NCBI GenBank assembly: GCA_951406725.2
Contig: OX597821.1
Span: 47,120,001-47,184,000 of the forward strand
DNA: 64,000 bases
DNA from: Octopus vulgaris
Lineage: Eukaryota
Direction: 5' to 3'
Of the stretch, positions 41,456 through 55,482 are shown piece after piece (within the stretch, counting starts at the first letter, position 1; every line of letters starts with the position of its first letter). The translations under genes and the position numbers were made by a program. The notes under the pieces were generated by a model. That model had not been told where the DNA came from. It did no database searches and saw nothing but the letters and a program-made list of their open reading frames with translations.

Positions 41456-41511
<56 letters not shown>

Positions 41512-41513
41512 GG

Positions 41514-41550
<37 letters not shown>

Positions 41551-41551
<1 letters not shown>

Positions 41552-42105
41552 GAGTGAGAGAGCAGTGTATGCTATCAAAGTGACACTGGGGTAAAATATA
41601 CGAATCACAATATACCCGTGATGACTACTCATCTGATAAGGGTACATCAGGCACATGCATCATAACCATATGTTCGTAACATGGCGATCTCGTATTAAGA
41701 TAAACAGCGCATGACCTTGCAGGTGGGGCCCTGTTAGAATTTTTCTTCGGGTTGAGTAACCCATCCCGTTAACGGTCATTGAATATGGGTTGCATAAAGA
41801 TGTTGGACAAAACACACATGCTTCCAGAGGTAAATTATTCAAACTCCAAAGAATTCCTCTCAACATATGGCTATGATGCTCCCCCACTACTTCTGCTCAT
41901 GATCAGAGATGCACATATCGTCAGTCACCAAAGGACATACTCAACGAGTTAAGGTCAAACAACTGCCAAGCAAATCTATGGTATTGCGCAGAATATTTGC
42001 TGTTGCCCAACTTTTATGCCAAGACAAAACAATGTACATGATAACACTTCCAATCAGTTAAGATAAGAAGCCATGAGAGCCACTGCCTGGTACTGCATCA
42101 GGGCA
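41551..42105. mobile_element. Unclassified element of about 550 bp embedded in (ATT)n
   Basis: Complex sequence sharply bounded by (ATT)n on both sides. Confidence 0.5.
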
Positions 42106-42184
42106 TTATTATTATCACTATTATTATTGTTGTTGTTGTTGTTGTTGTTGTAGTTGTTGCTGCTGCTGCTGTTGCTGCTGCTGC

Positions 42185-42227
<43 letters not shown>

Positions 42228-42885
42228 AGAGGGGAAACTGACAGAATCATTAACACGCCGGACAAAATGCTGAGCGGCCTTTCGTCTGTCTCTACGTTTT
42301 GTGTCAAAAAGCTGTCGAGGTCGAATTTGCCTTTTATCCTTTCGGATATAAGTACTAATCAAGTACTAGGGGCGATGTAAACCACTAGCCCCATCTCCAA
42401 AGTGTCAGGCTTTGTGTCTATACTAGAAAAGATTGTTATTATTATTGTTAAGGAGGCGAAGTAGCAGAATCGTTAGCGTACCCGACAAAATCGTTAGCGG
42501 CAGAAAAGTTTGTACACCGGGCGAAATGCTTTGCGGTATTTCGTCTGCCGTTACGTTCTGAGTTCAAATTCCTCCGAGGTCGACTTTGCCTTTCATCCTT
42601 TCGGGTTCGATTAAATAAGTACCAGTTACGCACTGGGGTCGATATATTCGACTTAATTCGTTTGTCTGTCGTTGTTTGTCCCCTCTACGTTTAGCCCCTT
42701 GTGAGCAATAAAGAAATAGGCATTTCGTCCGTCTATACGTTCTGAGTTAACTTTCAACCGAGGTCAACTTTGCCTTTCATTCTTTCAGGGTTGATACCAT
42801 AAGTCCGGATTACACAATCGGATCGATGTAATCGACTATTCCCCTCCCCAAAATTTCAGGCCTTGTGCCTAGAGTAGAAGGGATT
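42228..42885 (+). mobile_element. Cluster of nested or tandem SINE family A copies
   Basis: Three cores (near 42330, 42590 and 42775). A younger copy appears inserted into an older one between about 42495 and 42720. Confidence 0.8.
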
Positions 42886-44880
42886 ATGATTGCTGTCGTT
42901 TCTGTTTTTATTAGACTTCCATCATTAATTATCGTCATCATCTTCACTACCATCACTATCATCATCCTCATCAATATCATCATCCCTTGTGTCTTCAGTA
43001 ACGGTCAAACATCTTCTAATGCATATGCAGCAGTATTATAAGATATGCAGCTTCACACTTGCAGAATCTCAAGACCTAAACATTATTATCTGCAACAGTG
43101 AGTGCAGTAGCTGCAATATCAATGCAGTAATACCACATCCCAATATTAACAGCTCCAGTAATCATCGATGTGGTCGCTCTTTTTGTAAGAAATATCTCAG
43201 TTCATACTCTACGATCTTTAAAAAGTAAAACAAAAACTTTACGTATATAAAACGGAGGCTTGGCCAAGGTTGGAGCGCTTTTATATAGATTTGTATGATC
43301 GAAGCCGATTTGTGGCTTTAAAGCACCATCATCAACAACATTATCATCAACACCATTATCGATACGATCATAAATATGATCGTGAGCAACCGTAAACCCC
43401 ACCACCTTCGTCATCATACCCACTGATATCGTCATCAGCAATATCACCACAACCACCATCACCACCTACAACAATAAGAAGTACGATAACATCCCCATCA
43501 TTTTCTTTTCCATCTCAGTCTGCTGCTGTTGCTGCTGCTGTTGTTGTTGCGTTTGCTGCAGCTGCTGCTATTTGTAACAGAAGCAACGACACTGTTAAAC
43601 AACGATATCTAGAGAGCCGAGCAGAAATCAATATCCGAACAAGCAGACAACAGCTATGCTATGTTTGCCAGCTCACAACACAGCTTCATCGTAGAGAGCA
43701 CAGACAGACATGAATCCTCAGACGATGCTTGAGTAGTAGAAGAATGGAACTCACAACCAATTGTCACATTCCTCCTTCGTGCAGAGAAAATGGAGAGACC
43801 TTTATAAAGAGGGATTCATATATATATTCATATATATGTATATATATGTATATAAGAATCACTAAAGCTTCTTCATTCTTACACAAAATTGACACATCTA
43901 CACATTTCAAAAGAATTATAGCCACAGACAATTGTTATAGGTTACAGTCTGCCTTGATAGAGACGGCAGAAACGGCAGCTGATGCTAGATTATCAATAGA
44001 ATATACAGCTCGGTAACAACTGTCACGACCTTGATTTAGACAGACGAGAGAGAGAAAAAGAGAGAGGGGGAAGGAGAGGGATGGAGGGAGAGAGAGAGAG
44101 AGGAATAGGTTTCAGGAGTAGTCCAAAAAATTCTTTTACTGTGTTATATTTTCCAGCCGATAAGTCGGGATCCATTACAAAGTTAAACGTATTTTCACTG
44201 GATGCTTGAATCTCTAAAGAATAGGGCTCTCGTGTAAATCACATATGCTTGCTTCGTATAAGGAGTCGTGTTCAAATGGCTAAGAAGTTTACTTTACAAC
44301 TCGGTTCGATCCCAGTGCGCTAGAATGTCTTCTACTAGGTCCGCAAGTCGCCCCAAACCTTCTGAGTTGAAACCTCTGTAAAAGAAGTCAAATGGAGTGT
44401 AACTGTAAGTCAAAGACCTATATCGCCAGACACCGTGTTCGGATGAGTCTATAATAATACGTATCAATGGAATATTCAGTCGTTAAAATATTAAAATACA
44501 ATGATCAACTGATTCAGTCCATCGAGCAACTGGATGCACTTCTAATTTTAAAAAAATTAAGAAAATATCAGCACTGCTTTGTTACAGAATGAGAGGCAAA
44601 TTTCTAGCGTAATTTGAAAATCTTAAGAGTATTTAAGGATAGAAGCAATACACATTTTCTTTAAAGGGATTTCATAACATAAAACAAAATAAGGTTTGAA
44701 AAGATGATAGGTGACAATGTTCTGTTTTGTTGGTGAATTAAAAAATGTGTTTCACAAAAGCTGTATAGCTGTATAGCTCACCAATCTCGCAGAAAGGACA
44801 AAGTTATATATATATATATATATATTCTGTAATATACTATTACGGAGGGCAAACTTTTAAAGGGATTTCATAACATAAAA

Positions 44881-45256
44881 ACGTCTCCAAAAATTCGGTG
44901 CGACACCAGTGCAGGATCGCCTCCCTCCGACAAGTCATCCTAACGAGACGTCTGCTTTGGCTGGGTCATGCCTTCCGTCGTCAACCAGGAGAATTCATCT
45001 ACGAAGCAATTGCCCCAGCTCCCCTTCAGGGTTGGCGAAAGCGATGTGGTGGACAACGAAAAACCTGGCTGACGACAGTCAAGGCTGATCTGGAACCCAA
45101 CCTAGGCCCCCATGTCTACGGCGTTCGCCGCTGGAATAAGGAGTGGTTGGAGATCACGCGGGCGTTAGCCTCAAATCGCCAGGTCTGGTCGGCGTTTCTG
45201 AGAGATGCAGCATTGAGGATGAATGAAGTCAGCTCAACCCACCCCGGGTGAATGCT

Positions 45257-45288
<32 letters not shown>

Positions 45289-45560
45289 AAGAAGAAGAAG
45301 AAGAAGAAGAAGAAGAAGAACAAGAACAAGAACAAGAACAAGAACAAGAAGAAGAACAAGAAGAAGAAGAAGAAGAACAAGAACAAGAACAAGAAGAAGA
45401 AGAAGAAGAAGAAGAAGAAGAAGAAGAAGAAGAAGAAGAAGAAGAAGAACAAGAACAAGAACAAGAACAAGAACAAGAAGAACAAGAAGAACAAGAACAA
45501 GAACAAGAACAAGAAGAAGAACAAGAAGAACAAGAAGAAGAAGGAGGAGGAGGAGGAGGA
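44881..45560 (+). mobile_element. 5'-truncated RTE-clade LINE with an (AAG/AAC)n tail and probable 18-bp TSD
   Basis: RRLLWLGHAFR..GWRKRCGGQRKTW..LASNRQVW ORF end (44898-45251). TSD ggagg[g/c]caaactt[t/c]taaa at 44844-44861 and 45561-45578. Confidence 0.88.
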
Positions 45561-45621
45561 GGAGGCCAAACTTCTAAACTGGATGAGAATAGTAAGATGA
45601 AAAAAAGCAATACGGTTATAT

Positions 45622-46114
45622 GGGAATATTTCAACTGTACCACAGAGAAAAAGATGTGACATTCTTTACAATCACATAAGGACACTGGGATTCAACCAAC
45701 GGGTTCAAAACAATATCGATGATGGTCTTGGAAAATCAATGAGAGCCATTGCTGAAGTAAACTATCAGAACTGTGGTGCACTATGATATTCGATACACGT
45801 ATAACCTTTCACTGCGTACGTCATCCATCCAGAACTTTATATTCATATATCTAAGGTTTACTTTGTTATTGGCTGAGATCGAATATGTTGTGGCAAAAGA
45901 ACAATTGCAGTGCCTTTGTGTTGGACCGATGCCTTGGGTAGAATAGAAGTCGGTTTTGCAGGATTACGAAATATTCGTTCGTAAATTGTTTAAACTAGAA
46001 GAAGTTGGTGTGCTCGTGGATTTCACAGGCCCTTATTGACTGCTCTTCAACAAAATGATGTTGGATGTGACAATTAAAGGGTTGGACATACAAAGTTTAA
46101 TGAGTCTTATTGCA

Positions 46115-46199
<85 letters not shown>

Positions 46200-46500
46200 G
46201 TGGATGGGAGAAGTAGTTTGAGAACAATTAATTATACTACTCTTTTTAAACCAATTAAAAGGTTATTTCTTTTAGACCTTCCAGGGCATGCAAAATGCTC
46301 ACACAAGAAATACAAAGATATGCAATAACTATTGACGAATTTGCAGAATAGAGCGATTTGGAAATTTTCACCATTCTAAATATTGCAAGATCTTTTATAC
46401 ACAAAGTTCAGATGGAATTCGAAGACTCTGCAGGAATATTTCAACTGTACCACAAAGAAAAAGAAGTGACATTCTTTACAATCACATAAGGAGACTGGAA
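45622..46500 (+). mobile_element. Scrambled maT/Tc1-like transposase N-terminal fragments with a direct duplication of about 68 bp
   Basis: SDLEIFTILNIARSFIHKV near 46352 and GKSMRAIA near 45730. 45622-45690 is repeated at 46432-46499. Confidence 0.55.
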
Positions 46501-46539
46501 TAATATATATATATTATATTATTCATTTAACCTTCTACT

Positions 46540-47000
<461 letters not shown>

Positions 47001-47816
47001 TTGCGGAGGGTGAAAGTTGTAGCAAGAACAGGACAGTGGGAACAAGGCAGTAAAAACAAACGATGAGGGTTGTTGAGTCAAGACGATAGAAAAATTATTA
47101 TTAACGCTAGGAGGAAAAAGCTATGAGAGGAGACAGGTATAAGCACGTCTTTTCTTTAGGAAGGAAATGGACAGAAAGATAGATTCAGGTAGAGTGAGAG
47201 AGAGGGAACGGTCAAGAGGAGAGGAGAAGAATAGGGAAGGGTGAGAGAGAAAACTAGAAAGGATGAAGAACAAGAGAGGGAAAGAGATCGACAGAGAAGA
47301 GATAGTAGAGATAGAAGAGTGCGCATCGTGATTATTAAGATAAAACTTACTTGGAAAAGGATGCGTGGCATTCGATCATATAATAATATAAATAATACAT
47401 AAATATATGCATATATACATACATATATGTACATACCTACAAATATATATATATGTATATATACATGCACATATGGGGTACAGGACATCAAAAAGACGTT
47501 GAACACATTTCTATGTAGTTCTTTCTCTAATAGCACCTTATTCATACACGACACAAATGTCCCGAGCAGCTTAGGGAACCTGATTCAAAATGAAGGGAAG
47601 CTGGCGTTGAAAGCTTTCGTTTTTCTTTCTACTTCGCACTTCATCATCATATGTCTGAAAAGAGATGAATTTCATTCAAATTTCGCGATAAATGAAGTTA
47701 TGGAGAAACAATACTGCTCCCCAAAAAATAAATGATACACAACGGTAAAAATATTCTTCGTGTTAATTGAAAGGAAACAATTTATCAGACAACACGATAT
47801 ATATATACACACACAA

Positions 47817-47883
<67 letters not shown>

Positions 47884-47957
47884 CATATATAGTATATAAG
47901 TAAAAGGGCGGGCAACAGGTTGCTCTGAAAAGCCATCGAAAAAAGTATTTACCCTTT

Positions 47958-48012
<55 letters not shown>

Positions 48013-48178
48013 TATGTGTATATATACTATACATAAATATGAGAGAGAATCCACTATATCCTTACGCTAAAGAGAGATCGCATGAGTCTCAACCATTAAG
48101 AATTGTTCTCAAGAAAAATTTAGCGCACTATGAACGTAATCGAGCAGGACAAATGAAAATAACAAAAATATAGATTAA

Positions 48179-48253
48179 CCCCATACGATTGTTTCACTGT
48201 TAATAAATTATGCAATTTTACGTACACAATTAATCTGCAGTTCGTCAGTGAAG
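48179..48253 (-). ncRNA. Type-I hammerhead ribozyme with an intact core and a long stem-II loop
   Basis: Minus strand reads cttca-CTGACGA-actg-(38 nt)-cagt-GAAAC-aatc-GTA-tgggg. Confidence 0.72.
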
Positions 48254-49456
48254 TCCGTCATAAAATATAATTTGTCGAACTATACGCCAGATATTAACAC
48301 GTGGTCAAAAATATATATAGAGAGAGAGCTGGGCTTTAAAACACCTAAAAGTCATTCACAAGCGAGACAGTTCGCCTCCGATCGAATTCAGGAGTGATGG
48401 GTACCGATATGTCATCATTTTTGTGGCATATCAACGTCACATACCTGAATATGTATGTGCGTGTATGTTTGAATGTGTGTGTATGTGTGTGTGTATGTGT
48501 GTATGTATGTATGTATATATGTATGCATACATACATACATACATACATACATACATACATACATACATACAAGTATGTCCAGTCAAATTTGTCCACTGAT
48601 TTTCTTTTGGTATTATATACTTTGAATAATTCATGAGTGTTTATCTGAAAATAGAATTGAACAGATTTTTTTCTCTTTATCAAAACATTATAAATTGCAT
48701 ATCTTTATAAATGTTTCATTAGCGAAACAGTGCAATGTCGGAAAATCGTTGCGTAGACCATAGCTTGGTCACATTGAAATGTCAAATCTTCAGATGGAAA
48801 TAGTAATTTAATCAAGTGTTAGTATTATGTATCAAATTCAGTTGGTTGACAGCGCTAAACAAGAACTGGCACTTCCGGCTAACCACACGTGTGCGCGCAT
48901 GTGTGTTTATTTGCGTTTGTATGTGTATTTGTGTTTGTTTGTGTGTATGTGTGTGTATAGAAAGATATATAAATAAATTATATATATATATCAATAATAA
49001 TAAAGGGTAAAATTAATTAATTAGTAATTAATAATTTTACCAAGCAGTGTTCGGTATGTTAAAAGGACCATTTACGGTAAACTTAAACATTATTCGTTAG
49101 TACTGGATATCGAAGATGGCTTGTCTGAAGTTACTCGAGTCGGATAGGTATGTTCGATTTTTAGTGCTCTCAAATTTAAAATTACTGAAATCTTTGTTAC
49201 TGATGATGGGAATGTTGGATATATTTCTAGCATCTCTATATCTAACTAACCCAGAAACGCGTTCACAAGTAATCTATTTTCGAGTGAACTTTCGTCATTT
49301 TTCCCTCTATGCCTACGTGAATTGTTTTTGAGTATACATTGTCTGGAAGATTCTTCTTATAGTAGAAGAAATAGCTAAATTCTTTGGCTGCTATTTCTAA
49401 AAGTTCGGTATGTGGCAAAGCAATTTTTTTTTTTGCTGAACCCTAATTATATAAAG

Positions 49457-49500
<44 letters not shown>

Positions 49501-50680
49501 CGAGATGGTATCAAAAAGTTCTTTAATTAGTTATATTTAATTTTAAAAAAAGTAACTTATTTACCTAAATTTTAACATCATCTCCTTCAAAGTAGTCACC
49601 TTGAGCAGCAATACACCGGTCCCAACGTTCCTGCCTCTTTTAGAAACCGGCCTGGAAGTCATTTTCCGTGAGTCGAGGACTTTCAATGATTCGATCTGGA
49701 TCTCGACAACAGTGTTAAAACGGCGATCTTTGAGCTGCATTTTCAGCTTAGGGAAGAAATGGAAGTCTTCAGGTGCTAAATCTAGCAAATAGGGCGGGTG
49801 CGGAAGCGTTTTTATGTTGAGAAACTCACGATGAGGAGAGCTCAGTGCCAGGTTATATTGTCGTTGTAAAGAATTCAGTTCTTGGCGCTCCACAGACCCG
49901 GTCGCTTTCACCAAATGTCTTCCTTCAAACGCTTCAAAACGTCGCAGTCGAATTCTCAATTGATGATCCAGTTCTAGGGAACGAATTCTCGATGCATAAT
50001 TCCGAGGATGTCGAAAAAACGATGAGTATCCTCTTGATTAAAATTACGGCTCTGTCGTGCCTTCTTCGGTTCTGGAGATGAAAGCTTCTTCCATTATGAC
50101 GACTGCTGGTTCGTCGCAGGGTTTTGTCCGTAGATCCAACTCTCGTCACCGGTGATAATCCTCGACATGAGACATGAAGAATGGGTCACCAGCGGCACAC
50201 TGACGGAGATCTTGACAGGTTTCGGCGCGATCTTCTTTATGTTCACTGGTTAATAGACGGGTGACAAAGTTGACCGAGACACGCTGCATGTTCAATTCAA
50301 ACGTTAGGCTTTCCTGCACGGACCCACACGACGGACCAACAACATCAGCAATGCCGTTGATTGTCTTCCGACGACCGCCATGCACAATATGAGGAATATT
50401 GAAGAACTCTTGCCACTCGAAACATTGCGTACGTCCCATTGCCTCGTCACCGTAAGCTTGCCGAAGCATGTTCAATGTCTATGTAGAAGACTGCCCAAGT
50501 TTAACGCGAAATTTCACGTTGGCGCTTTGTTCCGACTTCTTGTGTCTGAGAAAATTGTAGACTACAGCATACACGTGATCGCAAAAACACAAATTCCACA
50601 ACTTACGCGAAGTAAACAAAGCAATGTCACACGGCATATTACCTCATGAAGCTCACTGCTAGCTCTGACTGAGAATTGAT
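49501..50680 (-). mobile_element. Decayed mariner with internal deletions; one TIR visible
   Basis: cgagatggtatcaaaaagttc at 49501. MLRQAYGDEAMGRTQCFEW, FVTRLL and HPPYLLDLAPEDFHFFPKLK. Confidence 0.88.
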
Positions 50681-51162
50681 GTATAAACATGAAAATATGC
50701 AGCAATTAAGAGCTCAGCGAAAAAACATCATTAAACCTTAGCACGTTATTACATTTCAGAATATACAGTTGGAACCTACTAGCGAGTAAAATATGTATAA
50801 TCAGCTATTTTTGATAATCAGCTATTTATCATAAAGGCAGAAATGCATCATTTCAGGTATAATTCATATGTTAATTCAGCACAACAGATGCCTCATTAAT
50901 ATCAACAGCATTTATTCATAATTAGGGAATTGCAATGCATATTCGAATCATTAAAATTTCAGCTTATTTAGATTTTATAAAAAATGCTTTTAGACATGTA
51001 TCGCAAATGTATAATTTTGGAATCAATGTTCTTTATTCTAAGGAAACTGCAGTTGCGCACATTTAATGCATGAATTATATGTGAAATGTATGCGCCTCTG
51101 CTTTTATTCTATATGTCTATACACACACACACACACACATTTGAATATGTATATACATACAC

Positions 51163-51385
51163 ATTTCTTTACTACCCACAAGGGGCTAAATATAGAGGGG
51201 ACAAACAAGGACAGACAAAGGGATTAAGTCGATTACATAGACCCCAGTGCGAAACTGGTACTTTATTTATCGACCCAGAAAGGATGAAAGGCAAAGTCGA
51301 CCTCGGCGGAATTTGAACTCAGAACGTAACGGCAGACGAAATACGGCTACGCATTTCGCCCGGCGTGCTAACGTTTCTACCAGCT

Positions 51386-51386
<1 letters not shown>
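51163..51386 (-). mobile_element. SINE family A
   Basis: Reverse complement of the family A consensus. Confidence 0.92.
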
Positions 51387-51417
<31 letters not shown>

Positions 51418-51456
51418 CGAAAGAAGGTTTGAAAATGCAATTTAAAAGATGTTTAT

Positions 51457-51501
51457 TTACTTAACCGGTTTCACTCTTTGGAAAAAGATTGTCAAAAGTA
51501 A
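51457..51501 (-). ncRNA. Degenerate hammerhead (core TTGACAA)
   Basis: Minus strand reads ttactt-TTGACAA-..gagt-GAAAC-cg-GTT-aagtaa, with a 6-bp stem I. Confidence 0.5.
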
Positions 51502-51534
51502 CATAGAATATTATGAATTCAAAAAATGTTTACA

Positions 51535-51826
51535 TAATTGCCACATTACATGTATATATATACAGTATTTGGTAACAGGGACATGTTAAGGACATAAAGA
51601 AGTACAACAGTGTGATGAGAATATTTGAAAAAATGGGCAGAAAAGAATAAAACAAATATATTATTGGAAGTTTGGGTGCGTTAATTATTGGTTGTTACAA
51701 ATTGCCACATTACATGTATATATACAGTCTTTGGTAACAGGGACATGTTAATGACATAAGAAAGTACAACAGTATGATGAGAATATTTGTAAAGATGGGC
51801 AGAAAAGATTAAAACAAATATATTAT
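51535..51826. repeat. Direct duplication of about 125 bp at a spacing of about 165 bp
   Basis: aattgccacattacatgtat..ggtaacagggacatgtta..gggcagaaaaga..aacaaatatatta occurs twice. Confidence 0.9.
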
Positions 51827-51933
51827 ACATCTCAGGGTCAGTACAGAATATTATGAATTCAACTTTGTTATATATATATATATATATATAAATTCAGGGT
51901 GAGTACTTGATAATTGTAAGCACCTGTATGTGC

Positions 51934-52011
51934 GCGGCTGAAGAAGGCCATAGACACACATTATGCATTGTTATAAATCCGTCTAATAAAGGCCCGAAAC
52001 ATATGTACCGC
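51934..52011 (+). ncRNA. Type-I hammerhead ribozyme with an intact core
   Basis: gcgg-CTGAAGA-a-ggcc-(tagac..gtcta loop)-ggcc-c-GAAAC-atat-GTA-ccgc. Palindromic stem III acatatgt. Confidence 0.75.
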
Positions 52012-52044
52012 TGAATCCTTGGCATCATGTTTTTATTTTGATTA

Positions 52045-52115
<71 letters not shown>

Positions 52116-52431
52116 GAGAGGGAGGGAGAGATAGGAGTTTTATCTATATATTTATATAGATATATGTGTGTGTATTCATACATGAGCGTGCAAGGTTAGT
52201 CAGGACTTGCTTATCACACCAGGCATTGTCAAAGACTGATGATGATCTGGATGCCGCTAGAAAAGGCCTACCCCTACGATGACTCTGTGTTGATGTCTAT
52301 CAGCGATGTCATTCTGCCCCACAATGCTTGTGCACGTACGTGTGGAACACAATGGCATCATTGTTCGCACGTATCTGTGTGCGCATATGTATATCTATGT
52401 GTGTGTGTGTGTGTGTATCTCTCTCTCTCTA

Positions 52432-52469
<38 letters not shown>

Positions 52470-52517
52470 GCGTATGATTGTTTATAAATAGATGGATGGA
52501 TAGATAGATAGACAGAC

Positions 52518-52589
<72 letters not shown>

Positions 52590-54292
52590 CAATGTCATTA
52601 AGTTATTTTACCAACTTTTAAATAGGATGAGACCCGTTTCTAATGGTTGTAGAGGGAGGGATTGATTGGTGTGGTTAAAAATAACAAGGACGAAGATTTT
52701 GCTCAAGATTTCTATTAAATTTAGTTTTATTAGGTTTGTGCTTACATTCACATTTTCCGTTTGGGCTTTTATACACAAACTATTATAGTATATAAATATC
52801 TGTACAGTTTGTTGTTCGTTCATTTCAACTGTCAAGATTAGTTGATTTTTTTTTTTTGTTTTAAATTCTATATATATATTAATGTATATAAGTAATCGTG
52901 TAAATCATTCCCTTTTAATTTCTGTTGTTCAAGTTTAATATTCAATATTTTTAGGTTTTCGTCATAGACAACTATATATAAATGCTTGTATACTCTTATG
53001 TCATTTGACTTTTACTGTTCAAGTTTAAATGATGTTTCTTTTGTTTTAGTTAAAACTTCATTATTATTCTCTTATTCTCATATTTTCCTAAGCTTTTATT
53101 GATATATTTTAGTGATATATTTTTATTTTCGCTTCTATTTTATTAACTTATATATTTTCTCTTTTTCTCAGCCGTCACCCCCTTATTTTGGCTAATCCCA
53201 AATTTCATGTCCTTTTTACTTTATTATGTTATTCATTTATTATTACAAACTCCTAACATTCAGATGCTTGTGTCTCTAAACATTTCCGTTCCACCACTAC
53301 CAGTGCCACACTACACCCATACAAATTACATCTGTAGATATGCACCTTGCTTCATTTCACAAAGCACTGTTTGATAAGCCAAGCCCACAGAAATTTGTAA
53401 GATAGTTAACTTTGGAGAAATAATATTCGTCTGCATATTGTATATTGAGTTAACTTTTTTTTTCCATTTAATGTCTCTTGTTCCAGAGAAACAACAGAAT
53501 TTGACAGATGGCTGAGGGTAGCGGGCTGTACCACTACCCGAATAGCACACATTGCAAATGAGTAAACTGGAGAATCAGGAAATAGAGTTCTTTGCTCAAG
53601 GAAGCCACGCACCGTCTGGCCCAGGAAATGACCTCAAAACCTTATGATCATGAACCGAACTCTCCCCTCCAGGTAGACCTCAAACCTTCACGTATATATA
53701 AATATGTGTGTGCATATACACATACATACATGCATTCATGCATGCATCTATGCTGATAGTTATCGGTATGGAGTCATCGTTGGGGCAAGTCTTTTCTAGA
53801 AGCATCTAGATCGTCGTCATTCTTTGACGATGTCTAGAGCCATAATCAAATCCTGATTATTCACAACAATAGAGCAGCGTCACTGCAATAAGATCAACAC
53901 CATTGTACTCTCTATTGCTTTCTCCAATCAAGGTGAGAAAGGACAGCGCAAGAGTGGAAACCAAGGAAACTCATATAGCAAACCATTACATAGTGCCAAT
54001 AACTTGTATTTGTAGAAAGTGCGTGTACTTCTAATCCCTCTTGCGATAAGTAAACAATGCCTTCATATTATGACATGGTTTATCGTAACAGATTGATGGT
54101 TACGTTGACCGGGAAGGTTGATCAAGAATGGGCAAATGAAAAGGAGCTAAAATACGAAGGATTTAGGGAATCATGACAGACATGAGGATGGCACTGTATG
54201 GCACATTCAGAGTAGAGTCTTAAACACATGGGTTTCTGGTTGGGTCTGTTATGTTCCGTAATGTTCTGCCTGAACGGTACTGGATCAGGTAC

Positions 54293-54525
54293 AAGGCGGC
54301 GAGCTGGCAGAAACGTTAGCACGCCGGGCGAAATGCGTAGCCGTATTTCGTCTGCCGTTACGTTCTGAGTTCAAATTCCGCCAAGGTTGACTTTGCCTTT
54401 CATCCTTTCATGGTCGATAAATTAAATACCAGTTACGCACTGGGGTCGATGTTATCGACTTAATCCGTTTGTCTGTCCTTGTTTGTCCCCTCTGTGTTTA
54501 GCCCCTTGTGGGTAGTTAAAAAATA
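54293..54525 (+). mobile_element. SINE family A with a 17-bp TSD (2 mismatches)
   Basis: ggtactggatcaggtac (54276-54292) and ggtactagatgaggtac (54526-54542). Confidence 0.92.
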
Positions 54526-54696
54526 GGTACTAGATGAGGTACGGACAGCTAAAGCGTGATGCGTGGTTAGAAGAAAATGTATATTTTAGAAGACGGAAGC
54601 TGTGAGAGAAATATAAAAGACGTGGGCAATGAACAAACCGCAGACAATAATAATTCAATATACCTGACATTTTAAAATCTTTTCTTTATCTATGAA

Positions 54697-55227
54697 ATAC
54701 ACACACACACACATACATACACACACACACACACACATACATACATACATACACACAGACACACATACATACATACAAACATACATACATACATACATAC
54801 ATACATACATACATACATACATACATACATACATACATACATACATACACACAAACATACATACACACATACATACATGCATACATACATACATACACAC
54901 ACATACACACATACATAGATACACACACACACACATACATATATACATACATACATACATACACACACTCATACATACATACATACATACATACACACAC
55001 ATACATACATACACACATACATACATACATACACACATACATACATACATACACACATACATACATACATACATACATACATACACACACATACATACAC
55101 ACACGCATACATACATACATACATACATACATACACACACACATACACACATACATACACACACTCATACATACATACATACATACATACATACATACAT
55201 ACATACATACATACATACATACATGCA
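54697..55227. repeat. About 530-bp compound (ACAT)n/(AC)n array
   Basis: Direct inspection. Confidence 0.95.
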
Positions 55228-55365
55228 TATTATTCTTTTACAAGAATAGTGTCGGTAGTGACTTCGAAGCTTCAACCAGTTTAGACTCCATGCACAGTCG
55301 AGTGAAAAGTAGTCGGGCCGAAAATTCGAAGTCACTGTCACCGCTGTTCTTGTTAAAGAATAATA
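55228..55365. repeat. Small fold-back element (arms of about 41 bp); loop-deleted relative at about 36525-36605
   Basis: tattattctttt..agtgacttcgaa paired with ttcgaagtcact..aaagaataata. Confidence 0.7.
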
Positions 55366-55482
55366 AATAAGCACTCGACAAAGAGTATTGAATGATCTTT
55401 CATGTTTAGTGTAGAATTGATTTATTAAACATTAAAACAAACATCAATGGGTGCGTGCGCACGTGTGTGTGTGTGTGTATAC

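Noticed and set aside
43200-43815. TATA-like motifs and a CAG-rich unique stretch as a promoter or first exon
   Set aside because: Such motifs are expected by chance in AT-rich DNA, and there is no supporting ORF or splice pair.
45116-45685. Poly-K/R/F/S ORFs
   Set aside because: Expanded (AAG/AAC)n LINE tail.
48700-48800. Minus-strand CTGAAGA..GAAAC
   Set aside because: Stem II is poor and there is no GUH triplet in register.
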